Below, one piece after another: positions 27,501 through 31,132 of a stretch of DNA of 31,132 nucleotides. Each line of letters starts with the position of its first letter. The stretch's first letter is position 1. This stretch comes from a virus (Duplodnaviria > Caudoviricetes), in IMG/VR virus record IMGVR_UViG_3300033415_000013, positions 1-31,132 of that record; one strand, given 5' to 3'. The notes beneath the pieces were generated by a model. The model did not search any database and had not been told where the DNA came from. It saw nothing but the letters and a program-made list of their open reading frames with translations. The translations under genes and the position numbers were made by a program.

Positions 27501-27670
27501 GCGTAAACATCAGCAACACAAAGGCACATAACTTCAGTACGCAGATCACGAGAATAGCGGGAAGCACCATGAACTTTAAGGTCAACTGGGCTCCTCGTTT
27601 CAAAGTCTGCCAGAATCCCGACTCGCTTAGAATGGACATGGTGCCCTCCAATAATCCTTGCCGTAATCAT
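24584..27670 (-). CDS. polA: Family A DNA polymerase with 3'-5' exonuclease, intein-containing (1028 aa precursor, 664 aa after splicing)
   Basis: Exo I DFETRS, Exo II YNAEFE, Exo III YCIAD; TGRW...QNLPR; motif A DLAAIEAR; motif B RFAGKQGLLS|CNYG; motif C IHDE. ATG at 27670 has GGAG upstream (track start 27694). Confidence 0.95.
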   Translation of the reverse strand: MITARIIGGHHVHSKRVGILADFETRSPVDLKVHGASRYSRDLRTEVMCLCVADVYARIDDRGFVVDRSDKRLWLFDKPSDKAPFIPKEDEVVFAYNAEFEYLIYTQCWGVELRPSQMYCIQVQGLYSGLPAGLDKLSNAAAFTVVKDKEGHDLMVKMSKQREDGTYLYDHEKMERLCTYCIADIECEAEALEKLRPLPPYELRCYQETLAINITGIPVDTELVLSAREMNEVVGAELKAMYPDINLKSHAQIKAFAKNFGYTLVSTDKEHVADALDDPALPGPVKDLLEIKAMGVGSSSVSKFDALVNFTDDDGYLRGSYRHHGAIRTGRWTSQGVQIQNLPRGEKAQLKVIAELRELIRARDVDGLYLKSGMRPMDALRTSIRTMFAAPKGWVFVQRDLAAIEARGAFWVAMARNLQMFHDFDAGRGEEPYMIFANKLGMDRFAGKQGLLSCVAEGTPVLTSVGWVKIEDITAEHRVFDGVEFVPCEGAIDMGKKPVACDYWLPFTADHKILTEENIWEEIKDLNMKTLQSALSLASSQLLAMLKGQRVVSTNYNVDALAELRLQLTSAMSLLGEPLGATNVEVKNLISLSQNTTTYSQTEDLGVSGLSGLLPFTADATTLETQCSTDTEEEVLRLVSRAVEISCHTYERLTTTKIRHLNSTESTMMVTTLLEILDSLLEHSRQTTLKRIKKSNTKVGCTHQPSFTGSSHRSTLVLPQFIKKSLLACLLKKLLLNSTELKITGSNTKVSRIGSRSSGECSLRGSRMQGSSCHATEEVLQQMKLFVKVKRTLDVKNAGPRHRFMVMTGLGPMIVHNCNYGIGVKTLVALCATQGRSLTEAEGTGIWDLHKQMFPEVKEMWKLIDDAAKGAIETPGIVTLVNTPTNPIKFLHDGKNLMLRLPSERVLTYWGARLEPGNYGKEITYMTYGAEDKKAQGWHKTRTWGGAIFGHCVQAFSACIMRDISLRLREAGIPACMLIHDECVCLVREEDAQKTFDKMTEIMNMTPAWAKGLPVKSAGWIGNFFVKD
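25263..26114 (-). CDS. HNH-family (homing) endonuclease-like protein nested out of frame inside the PolA intein (283 aa)
   Basis: GELTVI...CRCSCG...GRTTRCNKC N-domain; RCY......YGGRGIKV; LDRINNDGDYAVGNLRLATRTQQANN beta-beta-alpha-metal-like core; two C-terminal 41-aa repeats; own SD and ATG. Confidence 0.9.
   Translation of the reverse strand: MGRNKRPKHEDFTIGTVTGELTVIGHVKGPKGGVHKLQCRCSCGVETTVDFCNVVAGRTTRCNKCGSKKSHITQSKYYDIFPDRGLRRVWVIRVAAIYSRCYDPRNPVFHRYGGRGIKVGFKSRRDFMSYIRTLDNHENTSLELDRINNDGDYAVGNLRLATRTQQANNIEKNKKVEYKGRLYTSTEFHRELAPQYACSTTIYKKIVAGMSSEEIIAEQYRTKNNWIEYQGEPYRVEKFWRMFTPRFPHAGLVMSRYRRGLTADEIIRESEAYIGRKKRRPKT
26121..26125 (-). promoter_or_regulatory. Shine-Dalgarno site of the nested endonuclease gene
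   Basis: GAGGA-AAACAT-ATG on the - strand, embedded in intein codons T-E-E-N-I-W; resembles the capsid gene initiation region GAGGAAAACACAAATG. Confidence 0.75.
27361..27639 (-). CDS. Candidate nested membrane protein (92 aa) in the +1 frame of polA
   Basis: GGAGG-5 nt-ATG; about 38-residue hydrophobic run; basic tail; 27 of 38 overlapping polA codons end in T. Confidence 0.45.
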   Translation of the reverse strand: MSILSESGFWQTLKRGAQLTLKFMVLPAILVICVLKLCAFVLLMFTLGLMTVGLLLIALIRGYGYLTSQATKLRLFLKKTRLSLHTTQSSST

Positions 27671-28100
27671 ACTCACTCTCCAATACATAAACACAAACAG
27701 CTAACGCATCCCATGCGTGGTTGGTGATGCCTTTGATGACATCATTATTACCTCCAAACCTTTCCTTCAAGACCTTCCTCACTTCGGGCTTGGGTAGGTT
27801 GGACCTGCCAGTGAAGTGTTTGATAACCTCTGGTCTTGTGGGCTCACAGAAGAAAGAGTTGTGAGCTTGCCTCACCCTACCGCACATGTAAGCCGTGCGG
27901 AAAACATCTTCACCTACTGCTCTACCGTAGCTCTGCACCCACTCGTAACCTATTACTTCAGGCTGGAACTTGTTAAGGATCTCAATGACCTCAGCATTCC
28001 AAGCATGGCCGAAGCTAATCTCTTGCAGGCAGTCTTCACCTGCGCTGATACTGCACCATCCAGATTTCTTTTGACCGGGGTCAACTCCGAAGATTCTCAT
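27627..28100 (-). CDS. RuvC-like Holliday junction resolvase (157 aa)
   Basis: IFGVDPG..KSGW, central YE, TGRSNLPKPEV, HAWDALAV; ATG at 28100 with GGGAG SD and ATGA overlap. Confidence 0.85.
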   Translation of the reverse strand: MRIFGVDPGQKKSGWCSISAGEDCLQEISFGHAWNAEVIEILNKFQPEVIGYEWVQSYGRAVGEDVFRTAYMCGRVRQAHNSFFCEPTRPEVIKHFTGRSNLPKPEVRKVLKERFGGNNDVIKGITNHAWDALAVCVYVLESEYDYGKDYWRAPCPF

Positions 28101-28270
28101 AGCATTACTCCCCTGCCGTTGACCCACCTGTAGGTCAACTGGTCTGGTCTTAGCTTCTTCTCTGGTACGAAGTTCGAGACAGGCACTACTCCAGCCTCGC
28201 TGTGGATATACTTACCCCTGGCTTCATTTGCTGGCACGATCCACGGTCCTTTCTCTGGTCTAGGTGTCAT
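28097..28270 (-). CDS. Small hypothetical protein (57 aa), absent from the ORF track
   Basis: MTPRPEKGPWIVPANEARGKYIHSEAGVVPVSNFVPEKKLRPDQLTYRWVNGRGVML; ATGA overlaps at both ends and GGGAG SD; fills the gap exactly. Confidence 0.8.
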   Translation of the reverse strand: MTPRPEKGPWIVPANEARGKYIHSEAGVVPVSNFVPEKKLRPDQLTYRWVNGRGVML

Positions 28271-28575
28271 GCTTGCTTTCTCCCGCCTTTGTTGTATGTA
28301 TCGTGGTCCACTACCTTGAAGACTTCTTTGACGTTGGTATACCGCACTCGCATTAAGGAAAAGAACCTAGCGAACTGGAGCTCCATCAACCAGTCAACTG
28401 GGGGTAATGGATCTTTAGTAGACTCTCTTGGCACATAGTCCGTACTGTAGTAGCACCTGTGGTACGCTCTTTTGTTCTCGGCCCTGCATGGTTTACAGAA
28501 CCCAGACTTACGATTGGTCCACTCATACTGGCTATCACAGGTCTTACACCTGTCAAACTTGGTGGGGACTCTCAT
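28267..28575 (-). CDS. Hypothetical zinc-finger protein (102 aa)
   Basis: CKTC...CKPC; ATGA overlaps on both sides. Confidence 0.75.
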   Translation of the reverse strand: MRVPTKFDRCKTCDSQYEWTNRKSGFCKPCRAENKRAYHRCYYSTDYVPRESTKDPLPPVDWLMELQFARFFSLMRVRYTNVKEVFKVVDHDTYNKGGRKQA

Positions 28576-28979
28576 ATCTTCAACTCAATCTCTGTTTGCA
28601 GGTCGAATTCCTTCACATCATAAGCCACCTTGGCAAGCAGTTCAAGCGATGCTGTCAAAATCTCTGCAAGATGCTCTTCATCTTTCTCTCGCTGGCAGGT
28701 GACGTAGCACTTCCAGCCGTTGTCCTTGGTCGGTAGCTCGACACGGATTGACGATCCCACCTTGGCATCGAGTAGTTCACGGAGTCTGTGGTTCTCGACA
28801 TGCTCTAGCCTTAACTTCTCATCGGTCGATTCAATATCCGTCATGGCATCGCCTAGCGATTTATTAAGCCAAGCAATCTTAGCGTCGAGATTTTCAATGG
28901 TAGTCATTGCGAAATCAAGTCTCTCTGCAAGCGACAGCTTTGTGTCGTTGATGTACAATTTTTGTGCTCGCTCATTCAT
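28572..28979 (-). CDS. Hypothetical coiled-coil protein (135 aa)
   Basis: ATG at 28979 forms ATGA overlap, GGGAG SD. Confidence 0.75.
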   Translation of the reverse strand: MNERAQKLYINDTKLSLAERLDFAMTTIENLDAKIAWLNKSLGDAMTDIESTDEKLRLEHVENHRLRELLDAKVGSSIRVELPTKDNGWKCYVTCQREKDEEHLAEILTASLELLAKVAYDVKEFDLQTEIELKI

Positions 28980-29197
28980 TTTCGTTTCTCCCATGCGTCA
29001 CAAATAGATACAATATCTGTACCATGTTCCATACGCCAACAGAAGTCGGATTCATATTCCTCTGCGGTAATATGCTCACTCTTATAGGGTTTCGGTTTGG
29101 CATTATGTAGACAAGTATAGTCATTGTAGTCAAAACCATCCAATATCTGACAGTGCTTACAGTTTAAGCACGAATCCACAGTTCTTCTATTTTTCAT
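28976..29197 (-). CDS. Hypothetical Cys-rich protein (73 aa)
   Basis: CLNCKHC...C...ICDAW; GAGGTG SD. Confidence 0.75.
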   Translation of the reverse strand: MKNRRTVDSCLNCKHCQILDGFDYNDYTCLHNAKPKPYKSEHITAEEYESDFCWRMEHGTDIVSICDAWEKRK

Positions 29198-29600
29198 CTT
29201 GCCACCTCTTTAAGTGCATCTCAACATGATCCAGTGCATCTGGCCCAACGGTATTGACTGCCGTGGACCCGTCATTGTAGCCATCCCTGTAGGCTTGTTC
29301 GACTTCGATTTTAAGCTCGAAGTTATCTGACTTAGACTCTACCATTTCTTCCAAATGGCTCTCACACTTTTTCTTCAGTGCGTGGTTCTCAACCTGCTCC
29401 AACCGTAGCTTTTCTTCGGCAGCCTCAAGCTGGTCCATGGCTCTGTTATAGGCTTTGCTCCAATTCTTGAGGACCTCACCGTTGCCAGAGTGTGTCAGGT
29501 CGTTGATTGTCGCCTCTGCATTATCGGCTCTAGCTCTTTGCTTACGGCACTCGTCTTCGAGCCTCTCGTACTGCTCGACGGTATAGGAATATGAACTCAT
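29187..29600 (-). CDS. Hypothetical coiled-coil protein (137 aa)
   Basis: ATG at 29600 forms ATGA overlap with upstream stop; AYRDGYNDG motif. Confidence 0.75.
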   Translation of the reverse strand: MSSYSYTVEQYERLEDECRKQRARADNAEATINDLTHSGNGEVLKNWSKAYNRAMDQLEAAEEKLRLEQVENHALKKKCESHLEEMVESKSDNFELKIEVEQAYRDGYNDGSTAVNTVGPDALDHVEMHLKRWQDEK

Positions 29601-29959
29601 GGATGCACCTTCTTCGCAAAAGCTGTCCAGTAGGCTTTCCACTGTTGGTCATCGTGGTGGTCCTTCCACTTTGAAGACTCTGCCTCGATGACCGAGCGCA
29701 AGCGGTCGATCTCATTGGCCTGCTTTGCGCTCATGGCCTTGGCCACGGCAAGCTCTTTCTCAGCTTTATCCAGCCTATCCGCAATGGCTTGCAAAACAAG
29801 GTCAGCATCCCTATCAACCTCGGCTGGTATCCGCATCGTAAACTCGTTGCGAAAACTGCTCGCTGTTCTATCGCCAGTTATCGCCCGAATTAACTCTCCC
29901 ACCCGATCCAATAATTCTTTCGTTGGGACTTCTTCTGATTTCTGATATTTTGTACTCAT
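29597..29959 (-). CDS. Hypothetical protein (120 aa)
   Basis: ATGA overlaps at both ends; FTMRIPAEVDRDADLVL then coiled coil. Confidence 0.75.
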   Translation of the reverse strand: MSTKYQKSEEVPTKELLDRVGELIRAITGDRTASSFRNEFTMRIPAEVDRDADLVLQAIADRLDKAEKELAVAKAMSAKQANEIDRLRSVIEAESSKWKDHHDDQQWKAYWTAFAKKVHP

Positions 29960-30177
29960 TTCCAGTTCCTTTTTCTACCATGTTTTGGTTTCATTCGTTT
30001 CCTCTTGATTTTAATTGCCAAGGCTTTCTGTTGTTGTCGGTTGACTCTGTACTTGTCCCGCCATTTGTTGCGATCCACGCCCTCTATCGTTCGCCTTGTA
30101 AGTGCTTTGACCCATTGATAGAGGTCGATTCGTACAGGATCGTGAGGACCAAACCCGCGATACACAAAGCCAAACAT
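29956..30177 (-). CDS. Small basic hypothetical protein (73 aa)
   Basis: ATG at 30177 one base after the upstream TAG, with GGAGGAGG SD; K/R-rich C-terminus. Confidence 0.7.
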   Translation of the reverse strand: MFGFVYRGFGPHDPVRIDLYQWVKALTRRTIEGVDRNKWRDKYRVNRQQQKALAIKIKRKRMKPKHGRKRNWK

Positions 30178-30178
30178 C

Positions 30179-30571
30179 CTATACCTCCTCCACCCAAAAT
30201 CTCTTGATCTCACTGGTCGGGGTGTCGGAGTAGCCTTTGCACTCCTTAGATAAGAACTCGACACTATAGTTGTGATTCTTTGTCCTCACAATATCTTCAT
30301 CCACCTCGATTACAAGAGAGGTTCTGGTTTCAAAGTGCAGATATTTACCTAGCAATTCCAGTCTAGTGACCAACCTGCGCTTCGGCAAGGTAGGGTCGGT
30401 TAAGGTGTAGTTGTTCCAAGTCCAAAGTTTTCTTTCTGTTACTACTCTGTCATCTGCATAGGCAATGATGGTTTCATCAGACCAAGAATCGTAATCTGTA
30501 TCTCTCACCCACGCCTCGATGCCTTCGGGCGGGATGGGGGTGCCACATGGCAACTGGTGGTAGTTACTCAT
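30179..30571 (-). CDS. Hypothetical protein (130 aa)
   Basis: AAGGAG SD, ATGA overlap. Confidence 0.75.
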   Translation of the reverse strand: MSNYHQLPCGTPIPPEGIEAWVRDTDYDSWSDETIIAYADDRVVTERKLWTWNNYTLTDPTLPKRRLVTRLELLGKYLHFETRTSLVIEVDEDIVRTKNHNYSVEFLSKECKGYSDTPTSEIKRFWVEEV

Positions 30572-30879
30572 TTGCTCTCCTTCAAAATCTCTTGTTTCCT
30601 TTCGTCGCTCAGCTCAAAACGCTGGTCGCAAACTCGGCACCTGTTATAACCCATCACCTTGCCATCTACAACTTTTGCATGGCGCTCCGTCAGGCTGTGC
30701 GGTTCTCCGTTCAGGCATGGGGCCTTGCGTGAGTAGACATCTACGCTGACCTCGACTCGGTACAGGAAAACCTTTCCGCACTCGTCGCATTTCTGCCGCA
30801 TGTCGTCAAAATCATCATCCACCCATTCTGTTGATCTCTGCTGACAGTATGGGCATTTTAGTTCGACTTCGTGAGTCAT
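30568..30879 (-). CDS. Hypothetical zinc-ribbon protein (103 aa)
   Basis: CPYC...CDEC and C....H...CRVC; GAGGAG SD, ATGA overlap. Confidence 0.8.
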   Translation of the reverse strand: MTHEVELKCPYCQQRSTEWVDDDFDDMRQKCDECGKVFLYRVEVSVDVYSRKAPCLNGEPHSLTERHAKVVDGKVMGYNRCRVCDQRFELSDERKQEILKESK

Positions 30880-31097
30880 TTTAGCTCCTCAATCTGAATG
30901 TTTGTGTTGTTGATGATTCCTTTGAACATGGCAATCGTTGATTCTGCTGTGAACCTAGCAACCTTCATGGCAGTTGCTTGTTGGCTCTTGGTGTAGTCAC
31001 CAAGATTCTGCGTATAGCCACCCATGGTGACAAACAAAGACAGTTTACATTTTAGGTCTGGATATTTTGCAGACCTGTCCTGCCAGTAGAGCTTCAT
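30876..31097 (-). CDS. Hypothetical protein (73 aa)
   Basis: AAGGAG SD, ATGA overlaps at both ends. Confidence 0.75.
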   Translation of the reverse strand: MKLYWQDRSAKYPDLKCKLSLFVTMGGYTQNLGDYTKSQQATAMKVARFTAESTIAMFKGIINNTNIQIEELK

Positions 31098-31132
31098 TTT
31101 AGCTCCTTCAAAAGTTGATACCCTAGCACCCA
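31094..31132 (-). CDS. 3' end of a gene entering the window (WVLGYQLLKELK*)
   Basis: Open frame from the window edge ending in TGA that overlaps the ATG at 31097. Confidence 0.45.
   Translation of the reverse strand, partial: WVLGYQLLKELK

Larger units (their letters stand above)
30568..31113 (-). repeat. Repeated gene-junction motif
   Basis: On +, TCATTTTAGCTCCT occurs exactly at 30876-30889 and 31094-31107; CTCCTTCAAAA occurs at 30577-30587 and 31103-31113. Confidence 0.8.
1..31132. mobile_element. Bacteriophage genome segment (Caudoviricetes, podovirus-like organisation)
   Basis: Terminase, portal, scaffold, capsid, nozzle and ejection genes on +; PolA, RuvC-like and small ORFs on -; almost no intergenic DNA; no tape measure, sheath or tube gene; no host housekeeping genes. 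Confidence 0.97.

Overview
This 31 kb window is a fragment of a tailed, podovirus-like phage genome with two convergent arms. The + strand (1-23409) is the virion module: two fibre-like genes, large terminase with a mini-intein in its Walker A motif, portal, scaffold, N4-gp56-type major capsid protein, tail nozzle, two ejection proteins, a 2565-aa polyvalent-type protein with zincin and ADP-ribosyltransferase-like domains, and a displaced head-tail adaptor. The - strand (23396-31132) carries a family A DNA polymerase, a RuvC-like resolvase and many small, translationally coupled hypothetical genes. The most striking element is the polymerase gene. It holds a 364-aa intein in motif B whose middle looks like filler in the intein frame. 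A different frame of the same strand encodes a complete 283-aa HNH-family endonuclease with its own Shine-Dalgarno site, so about 850 nt is dual-coding. A second candidate nested gene, a 92-aa membrane protein, overlaps the 5' end of the same polymerase gene. No tRNA, rRNA, CRISPR array, integrase or recognisable lysis gene was seen. All calls rest on motif recognition by eye; no database search was run.
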